Part shown: piece by piece, positions 10,801-23,157 of the stretch
Layout of the letters: the number at the start of each line of letters is the position of its first letter
Position numbering within the stretch: position 1 is the first letter of the stretch
From: Selaginella moellendorffii
Lineage: Eukaryota; Plantae; Lycopodiophyta
Reading direction: 5' to 3'
Assembly (NCBI RefSeq): GCF_000143415.4
Contig: NW_003314303.1
Location: 496,460 to 560,459 of the forward strand
Length of the DNA: 64,000 nucleotides
The notes under the pieces: generated by a model
The model's database searches: none
Seen by the model: the letters and a program-made list of their open reading frames with translations, nothing else
Told to the model about the DNA's origin: nothing
Made by a program: the position numbers and the translations under genes

Positions 10801-11089
10801 CCAGGAGGTGGCTGCAGAAATCAACCAAATGGCAGATGGAACGGTATATCAGAAGCCATTTGATCGGACAGACACCAGTCATCATTTATGGCATGTATAT
10901 TGTCTAGCCAAGCACTATCCGCATCTCCATAATCTGCTCAACCGGATGGGTTCTTCGACCACTGAACATGAGCGTGGACGTATTAGAGAAGAGATGGCAT
11001 TACTATTGGGTTTAAATCCTGATAGTGTGGAGAGTGATGAAATTCCAAGATTATTGTATAAGCGTTGGAGGCAAAAAATAACAGTTTGA
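7801..11089 (+). CDS. Spliced cargo gene, copy A: ParB/Srx-like region + acidic tract + Pro/Ala/Thr-rich linker + FCP1/SCP-like HAD phosphatase (~926 aa if the frame break near 9002-9075 is bridged)
   Basis: Predicted exons: 7801-7803 (ATG|gtaagt), 8042-~9001/9050, ~9076-9322, 9380-9394, 9440-9547, 9595-10179, 10227-11089. Introns 9323-9379, 9395-9439, 9548-9594 and 10180-10226 are all GT-AG, phase 1 and frame-preserving, and three have clear CTRAY branch sites. Confidence 0.72.
10227..11089 (+). CDS. Last exon of cargo gene: FCP1/SCP (NIF)-type HAD phosphatase-like domain
   Basis: HAD motif I IVFDLNGVL, motif II LGVWTS, a Lys in IFVKP and motif IV ILIIDDSPIK..N....HP. This matches the DLNG/DDSPxK pattern of plant and fungal FCP1-homology proteins. 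Confidence 0.82.
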
Positions 11090-11501
11090 GATGGCATGTA
11101 TTTATTTAAAAATGTAACTTATTATGGCATGGGGTTCCATGCCATTGTATTAATATTAAAAGACAATTCTTTGAGAGGATTTGCATTATACTAGAAGTGT
11201 TACAGCATGTTATTGGAAGTCTACGAAGTTGTTTTATTAATAATGGGAAAGTAAAGATTGAATGGGGACTTGGGCTCCACCTAGACTCGGAGCAACTGAG
11301 CCAATATTAAAAGGATGGAAAGAAATTGGACGACGATGACAAGGAGAAGAGAGAGGTGAAGCAGTGGCAGGGGGAGGAGAAGTGATTGAGTAGACATTTC
11401 TTTGTTTAAAATAAAATGGCATGTGCCTCAATGCAGTTGAATTTTGTTATATTTATATACTATATAAAGGTTTGGAAACCTTATTTTACAAGTGGGATAA
11501 T

Positions 11502-14256
11502 AAGCAATCCTCCTGCGTTAGGAGAAAGTCAAATGGTAATATTACTCGCGTCTGATCGTGCATCATCTGTAGCAACGTTAATGCATTGTGGCGCATCATG
11601 GATGTCCAAACTCCCAATTGCAAATTGAACCCGGCCCTCTGTTTTAAGTGTCGCATGGTCATTATTAGATCCCGCAGTTTCTCCCGTGTGATTAATGTGA
11701 ATCTGTCTCTTTTGACCAACTTGCGACCGCAGGCTTTGGAGGGTGCAATGACATTCGAGGACGAGCCACGCTCATGGGAGAAAAGGACACCGTTCAGATC
11801 AAAAACGATACAGTACCTTCGCCGTGACTCTGAAATGAAATGCGTCAGCATAAAAAATGGTACAAGTCAATTTTACCATCTACAATATTAGCGAATGTTG
11901 CTCCCGATGGTCGTTGAGAGGGTTTTGGTCGAGGAAACGTGAAGGGCAGAAATACTCTCCTCTGCAATGTGGGGTCAATCGCATCCGATGGCGTGTGGGC
12001 ACATGCCATTTCAGCTGTAGACTCTGGTACAACTGGCTCAACAGTGGCATGGGGTGGTTCCGATGGCGTGTGATCACACGCCATTTCAGCTGGTGCCTCC
12101 GTTGGCAAAGTGGACATGACCGAACAGGCAGCAGGGGCGGTGTAGGGAGGTTCCAACGGCGCGTAGTCAGACGATTGGGCACACGTTGAGTCCGTTGGAA
12201 ATGAGGATACGACCGGCTTGGCGGCTGGGGCGGCCTCATGTGGGTCCAATGGCGCCTGGTCACCGTCAGTTGGATACGTGGACAAGATTGACTCAGTGGT
12301 ATGGGCAGCATCAAGTGGAGCGTGGTCAGCTTGCTTGGCGTTGATATGGATAGTAGCCTCCACCAGCTCTGATGACTCTTGCAGCCAAGTAGAGTTCACT
12401 GGCGGATCCATATGCATGTCCAAATATCTCCCTTCGATTGAGATGGTATCCTCCCGTGCTACTAAAAACAAACTCATTAGCACATTGAATCGACTATACT
12501 GTATTTACCATCAACTGCTATTGAGGAACTAGGACCGATATCACTTGAGCGCACTGCTGATTCTGAAGGATTGGACATACGTTTTGACCCTTGCTTGGCA
12601 CTATCCTTCCTCGACACTAAAGGCTAGAGTTTGTAAATTCAACTGAATAATCTCTACTTACCATTTGCTCTGCGACCTACATGGACAATGTTAGAAATGG
12701 TAAAAGGTTAGGAATGGATGTATTATTATTTACCTGATGGTTTGTCTTGTATGACCTTCTTCCACCGCTCTTTGGCCACCTCAGGCTGGCCATCGTCGTC
12801 ATCATCGTCGTCGTCGTTATTGTGATCGTCACCATTGTGAGGACCATCCAAGTCCTCTTCGTCCTCCTCTTCTTCGTCCTCCTCTTCTTTGTCCTCCTCT
12901 TCGTCCTTCTGCTCTTCCTGCTCATTATCTTTCTCTGGCTCCTCATCCCCCTCCTGCATTTCTTCCATAGGCTGCTCAGGCTGGATGGCTTGTTGCCTTT
13001 TATCGAGTTGCCTTTTATCAGGCGGACAACTCTTGTCTTGAAGACTTTCTTCACCTCCTCGCCCACCATAATATCCACAACTATCTCTTGCATCGCCAAG
13101 CTAGAATGCTGCCCGGAGACGGCATAGAACCGGATGTTCTGATCGTCCAACACCTTCCTATTGATCAAGTCTGGAAACCTCGTCTCGCCCTTCATTGTTC
13201 GGTAGTAGGGGATCACGTCTGCGATGTCGGGTGTTACTGGACTTGCCAGCATCTTCTGCTTCAGTTTCTCCACCCACTTATCAAATACTAGCCTGTGGTT
13301 GTATTTGCTTTGGATGTCGATACGGCTCACGTCGATTGTATATACTTTGTTGGAATAGTAATAAGTACTATTATCTGCGACGATTTTTGCTGCCTCTTCT
13401 TGCTCTTTCTGCTCTTTGCGGCTCTTCTTTTTGGTGGGTGTAGTGTTCGAACCCGAGGCAATGGCATCACGGAGTAGCTTCTTTTTTGGAGCAGGAGAGT
13501 CGGACGTTGGCTTGAGCTTGACAACCCTTTTCTGCTTCGAGGTAGTTTCCAGATCGACACCCTTCCCCTTTGCTTCACGAACTGGAGTCACTCTCAATGG
13601 CTCAATGTTGGAATATAGTTTTTGAACATCGCCGTAGGTGAGGTCCGTGGATTCCATGTGATCTTCATAGACCCGCAGCGTCTTTGAAATTGTGGGCCTC
13701 CTGGACAACCTCTCCCTAGCTCCCTCTAGGAATTCCTCATAGCCGCTGCCCCCCTCCGGGAAGCCGCTAGGATGTGCAAGGTGGATCTTGAAGGCAGACG
13801 CTGTCTCTACCACAAGTGCCAGTCCATATTCTTGCATGGAACTGCATGGAGTGTCTGTCACTTGGATGAGGATCCCCATGCATTCTTTTCTCCCACCATC
13901 TATGTTGTACAGCCTCAGATCCTCGCCTTCCATCCTAAAAGTCCAACTGGTGAGCTCCTCCCCCTTCTCTGCATCCACATTGACAGTGGCTGGAAGAAGA
14001 ACGCAATTCCTCGCCTGTTCAGAAATGCACAACAATTAGAGCTGACAGATGAAAAGCTAGTAGCTGGAAATAACGTGAGGCCACACGCCATTCACCACTG
14101 CATCAGATGTCTTGAGGCTGCATCCTAAGATGGCGTGAGGCTACACGCCATCTGTAACCGGACTGCACTCGAGAGCCCAATCGGTGCATGCCAATGTTGC
14201 TACTGAATGGCATGTGGCCTCATGCCATTTTCTACTTGGCCTAAAAGACTTACCAT
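11502..14256 (-). pseudogene. Cargo gene, copy B, truncated within the phosphatase exon
   Basis: ORFs 12677-14035, 12726-12968, 11845-12483 and 11486-11851 match copy A. The phosphatase ends after ...LLTQEDCL, before motif IV. Confidence 0.8.
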
Positions 14257-15477
14257 TTGAAGCCGAATGGAGGCGTGACAACCGGACTCGCTGGCGAATG
14301 TGCACTGTGTGTGCAGCGGATTGTAGCAGCAAGGCTACTCTGCCACTTACAGTTGGAGAGTGGCGCTGAAATCTCCCGGGACGCCAAGTGGGCTGCGTGT
14401 GGGTGGCGGAGTGGGCGGCGGAGTTGGCGGCGAAGTTACAAACTGGGTGTGTCTTGAAGTGGACGCCGATGCACACGAGCGCGATGCGAGCGCGAGTGGA
14501 CGCCGATGCACACGAGAAACCTGTAGAGAAGTGGGAGCGCGAGTGGGAGCGCGATGCGAGCGCGAGTGTGCGAGCGCGAGTACGAAGCAAAATGCAAAAC
14601 CTAACCTCACACGCGCGAAATGTTACGACGGTTGGTAATCCCGCCACATCATCATTTCTCGGACTTGGGCGCCACCATTAATTTCTGGATCGGCGCGCGC
14701 ATGCGTGAAATCCAAAAGAAATCCGCAACGTCATCATTCCTCGGACTGCATGCACGCGAAATCCAAAAGAAAGATCATGATTGGGATATCATTTAATACC
14801 CTCACTATATTTATACCATGCATGATTGGATATTCCAAAGCATCTTGTATTTCCAAAAATGCCAGATGTTCAGCTAAATAAATTGTCAGAGGATTTGATG
14901 TGACGTTCAAGCATGTGGGCTCATGCAATTTTGATCCCAAAAATTGCACCAAAAAATGCTCGGCGTCATCTGGTGTTATCTCTTGAATGGCGTGGGGCCG
15001 CATGCCATTTTCAGGAGCACATAGGAGTATATTCCTAGAATATTCTGACACGCGCGAGATTGTTTTGAGTTTCCTGGAGATCCAACCGTTAGATCGCAAC
15101 TAGATTTTACAGAATGGTATACAATGTCCTTCTTGATGACCCTGCAAAGAAGCATCTCGATCGGACACCACATGAGACCACACGAGCCTTACAATGTTTC
15201 AGGGGCATTTGCCATAGATCCGACCGTTATTTTGCTCCAAGATTCTACAGTTTGGTGTGCATTGACCTTTCCATCAACCCTGCAAAGGGACATCACAATC
15301 AGATGCGGGATCACATGAAACCAACTTCACTAACTCTGGTTTCACCAAGATCTACGTAAGGAGTTATGAAATGAAAGGACCCTCTCTATTGAAATGTGTT
15401 TATGGTCCTAGGGGCATTGTGACATATCAAAGGATTTTGCATCACTGTATTTGCATGTTTATCAAGCTACTGAATTG

Positions 15478-15509
15478 CTAAACCCTAAACCCTAAACCCT
15501 AACCCTAAA
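15478..15509. repeat. Plant telomere-type repeats (CCCTAAA units, telo-box cluster) inside copy B
   Basis: CTAAACCCTAAACCCTAAACCCTAACCCTAAA. The same tract is at 51489-51520 in copy C. Confidence 0.9.
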
Positions 15510-16787
15510 TATGTGGCAAATGCTGCGTGAAGAAAGATGCCCTTTCTGGGCAAATGCTGTAAGAGGCAGATGCCGAGCAGATGTATCTCAGGCTAGCGAA
15601 GGGGACAAACGAAAGCTAGCTATAAACATGACGGGATGCAAATAGATTACTAGGCTGGTCCTGCGAAAATCAAAAACCATAATTAAAAACATTGAAAATG
15701 CAAAAAGAAAGGTTTATAATATTTTTGAATTTTAAGCAACCAAATGAATGTAAGTAGGGCATGTGTTTGTAAGTTTAAAAATGCCTCAACCAGATAAATT
15801 CCCAAGTAAATAAAGCTGTTTATATTTTTGGTACAGGTAAACTTTATAGCGTGTGGGCTCATGCAATTTTGAACCCAAAAATGCACCAAAAGATGCTCGA
15901 CTAGCATTATTCTTTGAATGGCATGTGGCCTTATATTGCCATAAATGGACGTACACACACAGCATAATTATTCCTTTACATGGCGAATAATCTTGGCGCG
16001 GATCACTGACATGGCATGGCAAAGTTCGAATCACTGACATGGCACAGCTGGATCGAGGCAAGGACATGATGTGACAAAGTTCAACCTCCGACAGCAAAGT
16101 CTAGAAGCTACTCAGTTTGAAATTTGTCAGAGGAATCATAAGATCTGGTTTGTCAGAGGATTTGATGTGACGTTCAAGCGTGTGTTATTTTTGAATTCTC
16201 GAACTCATTCCTAGGTCTATCATTTTTGTGCGCCGTGTTCTTGGTTCCGCTGAGCACAGTGAGCGCTGCTTGTGTAAGCGGCGTTGTGAGCTGTGGTTTA
16301 TGCGTCTACAAGCGGTTGCGGCATTGCGAGCGCCATTGCGAGCGGCAGTTTATGCGAGTGGCAGTTTGTGCGAGCGGCGCTACGAGCAGTTGCGGTGTTG
16401 CGAGCGGCGCTACGAGTAGTTGCGGTGTTGCGAGCGGCACTGTCTTTGGTNNNNNNNNNNNNNNNNNNNNNNNNNNNNNNNNNNNNNNNNNNNNNNNNNN
16501 NNNNNNNNNNNNNNNNNNNNNNNNNNNNNNNNNNNNNNNNNNNNNNNNNNCAAAGGAATATAGCAACAGGCTAGCAGGGGCCAAAGATAGCGTGAGGCCT
16601 CATGCCATTAGTGGTACCACTAATGGCATGAGGGCTCATGCCAATTTTGTGAATGCGAAATTTCACGTGGGTGTCAATAGCATGTTTGAATAATGGCATG
16701 TGGCCTCATGCTATTTGGTATGTTATGATTTAGGCCATTCTCCAATCATTTTTTGTATGGTCTTAACTTCTTTTCTGCACTTTCAGA

Positions 16788-19700
16788 ATGGCCTTCAGGG
16801 TTGGGGAAAAGGTTTACATTTTGAATGGTGGGAAGAGAGTTGCAAAAGGGACCCTTGTGTCTATGGATCGGAACTTTGTTATACACTGTCAAAGGCTTGG
16901 GGAAGGCAATGCTGCTGTATCAGTAGAGACTGTCTTCGATGGGAATGTGGTCGCTATTGAACGAGGAGAGATGGTCGTCGGGGTAAATGTTGTTGTTGCC
17001 TTGAAAAATCTGCAGAAGAAAGCAGATGTTGGGGACAACGCAAGTGCGACGCATGTTCCCTCCGTGGATCTTAAGAACCGTGCTACATGGATTCAAGCAA
17101 AGGTGTTTCTAAACAACCCCGAGGGGGAGGTGGTAGCTGAGGGCTTAGCCACAGTTGTCGATCCAAGAGATGCGGTTGCTAATCAAGAATTGGGCTGGGA
17201 TGATATTGGAGTTGCAATTTTAGAGGTTGTTGACACAGAAGAAAACAGTCTGACTATTGGAAGCATTGTGCGGTGGAAATTGAGGCATTTAGTGTTTGAG
17301 AATGTGAAGGATTCACAATCAAACACCACTACAACTGATGACAGAACATCTCTTCATGGGAAAAGAAAGTACACCTTCCTACAGCGCAGCCAAAGGGATC
17401 TGAGCAACGAACCGAAAAGGCAGAAAATGGCGATGGAGGTTCGAATGGTCTCGACAGTTGCTTGTTGCAAGAGGAGGTGCTGTCAACATGCTGATTGGGA
17501 TGCTATTGAAGAGGAGAGAGCAAGATACAAGACATTGTCCTGGAAGGCAGCTTGCAATTTTGTGTATGAGGCATTACGGTCATCTGTTGATGCTTCAGAA
17601 CATCAGGTGGGGGGCATGGTCTTCCAGAGGGGTTTGGTCTGCATGAAGGCATGGAGAATCATTTATGGAGTCCCTCGAACCACATTCTACAGAATCAAAA
17701 CTGAGTTCGAGGAACAAAGGGTTCAACAGGCAGTCCATGGGAACGACGGTACGCACAAAACCAGGGGTCATGTTGTATATGGAGAGGCAATCTTCAAGAG
17801 GTTTGTCGAGACATGTAGTGAGCAGCAACCACATAAAACCCGCCTCTTGGAAGATGGAACACGAGACACCCAACGAGTTCTCCCTTCCATGTATACCAAG
17901 GGGGCCATATTGGAAGATGTGAATCGGGAACTCCAGAGTAATGGCTACAGGAAGCTGAGCCAATCTAGATTTAGTAGATTGTGGAGCAACAGGTTCAGGG
18001 ATGTGAGTATAGGAAAGTACTCCAGCTTTTCAAAGTGTGACGAGTGCACTGCTATCAAAATGGCTTTGTCGAAGAATTCTTGCAGTGCTCAAGAGCGAGA
18101 GACGTTGGTTAGAAGGCGGCTCGACCACAACATCGAGCAGAGAAGCTGCAGGACTGCATATTATCATAACAGGATTCTCTCCATGGAGAGACCTGACTCT
18201 TACCTCTGCATCATCCACGACAAAATGGACCAGAAAAAGACGTGCTTACCTCGACTCAATCCTACCCCCAAGGCAATCTCTTCATCCATGCAGCTGCCTG
18301 TGTCTCTGTTTGGCATAATCGCTCATGGGCATGGTGCCCAGAACTATGGGAACTTCTTTGTACCTCTATGGGGTGGCGGGGGTGCAAACATGATGATTGT
18401 GTCCCTAGCAAAACACTTAAGGTCTCTGCAAAGTGTGCAGACTGAGCTGAACGGCCAACCCTTGCATAAGGCCCTTGTCGATCGAACCCCATACAGGGTT
18501 CAGCTGGAGGAGGAGCAAAGGCTTGCAGTATCGCGTGGGGCCCCATGCCATCCCAGTGAATATGTTGGCCGTCAGATTCATGGCCTGAATAATCATGCCA
18601 TTCCGACGAGGCTAGTCGCCCGGTGAATGCACAGCCTCATCCAAACGAAGCAGAATCTCAAGGAAGTTCTTGCGGCCGATGTGGCCTTCCACCCCATCTT
18701 CTGCTCCAAACAGACAATGCTGGCAGTGAGAACAAAAACATGTACGTCTTCGCGTACTTGGCGATGCTTGTTGCCAAAGGCATATTTGAAACGGTTACAC
18801 TTGGCTTTCTCATGGTTGGGCACACTCATGAAGACGTCGATGCCATGTTCAGTCACCTGGCAGAGTCCCTCCGGCGATCCAATGTCCTCACCCTCCCACA
18901 ACTCTACGATGAATTCCAAAATTGCATCAAAGGCACTGTTGAAGCTGCACTTGTGACAGAGGTTCATCAGGGACGGATCTGAAACGCTGATTGGCCACTC
19001 CAAGCCTCTTCAGTTTCATTTCAGCATGCGTGACGGTGCTCCAGTGATGAGGTACAAGATGAGAGAATGGGACACAGTGTGGCTGCCAGTGGACGGCATT
19101 GAACTCTTCAAGAGAGATCCCATAACTGGGGAACCTATGATTCCTCAGGGTTCCCCACGGCCGATGCACCCGGATGGACTCAAAGACCAGGAAAGTATAG
19201 TGGCCGGGATTAGACAGCATATTGCCTTCTGGAAGAGGGGGTTGGTGTTTGGTGGAGAATCCTATTTTAAGAGGTGCAAGCCTTTGCTCGAATACTGGGA
19301 GAAGATTATATCTGCTATCCAAAATGGGCCGGTTGTATATGAAGAATTGGAAGAGTCCTTTTGGCCAGAACCCAGAGCACCAGATAGTAGCGGAACAATG
19401 TCCTCTGGAAATGCAGTGACAGATAACGATGTTGAGGATCACTATTGTGGGCCGAGGAACAAGAAGCCGGATTCAGCATTCAATCCAGTACAGGTCTGCA
19501 AAGGAATGGTCGTGCTTGTCAGACCCAGTAATAAAAAACAAATGATATGGGTGGGGCGCTGCATCACTGATGCAGAGGAGGACGCGGAAAATAACTCCTT
19601 CAATGTAACTGTGGAGTGGTTCAAGCCAAGTTCCGGATATACGAAGGATTGCCTAGAAAAGAGATGGGTGCTGAATCCAAGGGATCCCAGCATGAGCATA

Positions 19701-19820
19701 TCGGTGGATAATGTTGTGCATGGTTGGATGCGGAAGCAGAGTGCCACCATCACCTTGCCAGACCATGCAAGAGATGCAGCAAGAGCATTCATAACCCGGG
19801 TTCAAGGTGAGATTCATTAA
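16788..19820 (+). pseudogene. Transposase, copy B, frameshifted
   Basis: Split into ORFs 16788-18626, 18623-18982 and 19026-19820. Causes are a 21-to-14 bp replacement near 18579-18592 and a deletion near 18965. Confidence 0.88.
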
Positions 19821-20509
19821 TATTCCTTTACTAAGTTTCTAATGTATTTTATTTCAAGGTGACCAATCCGAATCTGAATCAGAGGAGGCGTGATGGCATG
19901 TGGCCCTTTGCACTAGTATATCTTAATACCGGTCTGAGAAATAGAATGGCATGTGCCCTCAGGCCTTTTACTAAATCACCTTTGAAAGAAATGCAAGCCT
20001 CTATGTCGTAAAAAAAAGGTACTAGAGAAATTCCTTAATAATATGAATGTTATTTAGTTTCATGAAAATACACTAAGGGTCAAATGAGTTAAATGACTTC
20101 TCCAGACTAGCAATGCCTCTTGCTACACCTTCACAATTAGATTCGTTAGAAAAAGATAACATTGAATAATATCTAAATGTTCTCACCATTAAGTTATATG
20201 TCTGGCTAATAGGAATGACGTTCATCTTGGAAAGCTCACCACACGCTCAATGAACAAACAAATAGTGTGTGCGCGCATGCCATCGCTCTTCTTTAGCTTC
20301 AGATTCGGCTTGTTCACCTTGACAATGAGATTTATTATACAACCAGATGGACTCAGTCTGGACACAAAGTCACCGCGCTAGTCACCATGCCCCAGATATG
20401 TCTAGCCCCTGGACAAAAAACATATAATTTCACGTCATTTTCAAATACTTGAAAATTTGTACCTAGTCCCATTTTACTGAATAAATCCCACTTTAACGAA
20501 ATAGAGCTT

Positions 20510-21420
20510 TTATTTACTAATGATTTAACATTTTAGCATTTACAATCTCAATATCATCTTAAGGATTTTACAGGGATAAATCTTAATGATCATTTATGGC
20601 TAGTGGTGCCTTTGATCTTTATTCCATGCTTTCTCCATACTTACCATGATTCTCTTATTCTAAGTAGGCATATAGGACATTATCATATAATTGAAAAGAT
20701 GCATAGGTCTTTTTATTGATTAAAGATATGACATGATGTTATTTAGTATGTGCATAGCTATGTTTGGTGCTAAGTTCATAATATTCCCCATCGTGCTACA
20801 AAAGAATAGTTGGAATCAATTGCAAATTTTTGTTCATTTGAGTTGGTGGCATTTGATTTTATGGGGTGTTTTCCATAATTGAGTGCTGGTAATAAGTATG
20901 TTATTATTGCTTCTGACTACTTGACTTGTTGAGTGGAAGTTGATACTCTTGCTAGTGCATTTGCAATTGCTATTAGATATTTCTTCCTCAATAGAGTGGT
21001 GTTCTAGCATTCTTGACCAAAACGAATTCTCTCAGATAATAGCTCCATATTTATAATTGAGGTATTTCATATTTTAACATCTTGATTGAGAATACACCAC
21101 ACTTTAACAAGTGCTTATCATCTAGAGACATATGGATTGGTGAAATAGCTCATTCAAACCTTTAAAGGGATGATCTTGAAGTATGTGAACTTTTAACATT
21201 CAGATTTAGATGGTTATTTGTCATCACTTTGGTATACATATATTATAGAGGTATAGATTTATGTTGGTGCTTCAACATATAACCTTTTATATGGTTATGA
21301 GTTAATATTGCCAATGGAGTTGAGTTTACATTTGCAATTACTATAAGCTGTTGATTTTAGGTCTTAGGATAAGTATTTGGCGAGTATTCTTTCACTAGTT
21401 CAAATAAAGTCTATTGAATA
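20510..21420 (+). pseudogene. Decayed Ty3/Gypsy integrase fragment
   Basis: YHDS..HIG zinc-finger remnant near 20642-20680. GNKYVIIASDYLT, ILSDN and TSAYH.ET.GLV remnants at 20885-21145. Confidence 0.65.
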
Positions 21421-22027
21421 TTTAGGGAGATAGAGTCTGAGATTGACTTGAGATGGAGTCCAAGATGGAGTCCAAAATTGTAATGCACATGGTTTTTACC
21501 CTTTATCCTATGGTAAATTACCATAGGATAACCATGAAGTGGAACCTCTCCATGTGTTACATATCATATGCCACATGTCATGTGCCATGTGTCCAAAGGA
21601 TAGTGGTGTGGAACTCAAGTTTCAAAGCCTTGAGCCACTGAACAAAAGAATGAAGCCAAACTCCCAAGCATGAGGCCAAGGAGTGATGGCACTAAAGCAT
21701 GGAATAATTCCCAAGCATTCAGCCTAAGGAGCGAAGGGACAGGAGTACGAAGTGACTTGGAACAGTCCTAGAGCATCTAACATCCCAATGTTAGGACTAG
21801 CATGCAAAATGGAGCCAAACAGAATCTAGCACTACCTTAACATACTGGTGGTTTAACACGAGGACATGGGTACTCCATTAGTTAGCATGGTGTGGAGTTT
21901 GGGCTTAGACCCAAGCCAGATGCAGAACAAGGACAGGCATGCAAGAGGGAGATAAACTATGCCTTAGGTTGGTTGGCTATGCTCGACCTACCCACTATCC
22001 CTACTATACATTTGGAACCCCTTATAT

Positions 22028-23157
22028 TATAAGTTGCAAATTTTTCCTTTCCATTTTGCTAGCTTACCTTGTCTATCCGACCACCACGGCCTTGGCCTTA
22101 GTTAAGTTCCCTTCCCAAGGTTCTCACATATTGTACTAACTCCTACTTGGTCTTACTTGGTTTCAGCAACTCATTACACAAACAACGGAGTGTTAACCAT
22201 CCATCCACGGATTCCCAAATTCTTTCCTAATACCCCTCCCCAGGTTAAATTGGATTTAAGGTTCGGCTACACTCCTCACAGGCACAAGTAGCTAAGCACA
22301 CCAAGCCTCTAGGTTCTTAACATTTCTTGGTACAACAAGGTTTGATCATAGGACTCTTTAAATCCCAAGTCTTAAGTGCAACACTTGCTTCGGGACACTA
22401 AGGGGGAACACCGTGGCCTAACACCCCAATATGGGTACCCCTACTCCCCCACTTCCATCTCGAAGGGAAGGTCCAAGCCCATAGGAAGAGGTGAGGACCA
22501 ATGAGATATAAGGTACTCAAGTGGGGCACCACTTCACATAAGTCAGGAGTACTGCAGTCGGTTTCCCTTTTGGGAGTGGGAGCTGCTCTTGAGCACTTCC
22601 TTGGGTGGACCCTCCAGCACCACCCAAGTCCATGTTCACTCCCACCCAAGGCCCCTTAACCCCAATCTCAACCTCAAGTCAGTTTGAAAACACCACTAGA
22701 GAGTTCCTTCAAGATTGATTCCTAGACCTCACTATCCCTACTATACTTTTAAAACCCCTTGCAGCCCCCTACAACCTCCCCAGGAGACACACGCTTTGGG
22801 CTTTCACCCCACGACCTGTATTAGTATTCGGACTCGATCTCAGACTCGATTTGGGACTCAACATCAGACTCGGTCTTGGACTTGATCTTGGACTTGATCT
22901 CAAGCCTGACCTCGAACTCTGTCTTAGACTAGATCTCGGACTTGGTCTTGGACTTGGTCTCGAACTCGGTACTCGGTCTTGAACTCGGTCTCAGAATCGG
23001 TCTTGGACTCGACCTTGGACTCGGTCTTGAACTCAGTCTTAGAGTCAGTCTTGGATTCGATCTCAGACTCAATCTCATCTGATAAAATCTTTATCATTTT
23101 GGTCATGCTTTTGGGGATCCTTTAGGTTACAACACCTCAGAGAGTTAGTTCCTTACA
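22028..23157 (-). mobile_element. Decayed solo LTR, family L3
   Basis: Similar to 59239-59660 at its left end and to 62620-63011 at its right end (...TTCCTTACA). It interrupts the L1 LTR. Confidence 0.75.

Larger units (their letters stand above)
1432..11501 (-). mobile_element. Sola-like DNA transposon, copy A (intact transposase; cargo-side end lacks the last 30 bp including the TIR)
   Basis: Starts with TIR AAGCTCTATTTCGTTAAAGTGGGA at 1432. It is a colinear reverse complement of copy C. It stops at ...AGTGGGATAAT (11501), 30 bp short of copy C's terminus. Confidence 0.9.
11502..20509 (+). mobile_element. Sola-like DNA transposon, copy B (lacks the first 977 bp; defective)
   Basis: Begins at AAGCAATCC, equivalent to 47482 of copy C, and ends in TIR ...CGAAATAGAGCTT at 20509. 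Contains an N gap at 16451-16550. Confidence 0.9.

Noticed and set aside
7801-11089. Cargo as a Fanzor/TnpB RNA-guided nuclease or HUH/Helitron protein
   Set aside because: No RuvC, zinc-ribbon, HUH or helicase motifs are visible. The motifs fit ParB-like and HAD folds.
1432-20509. Inverted pair as a pure assembly artefact or a single fold-back duplication
   Set aside because: The arms differ by many SNPs and several indels, and B shares states with C rather than A. Long-read confirmation is still advisable.
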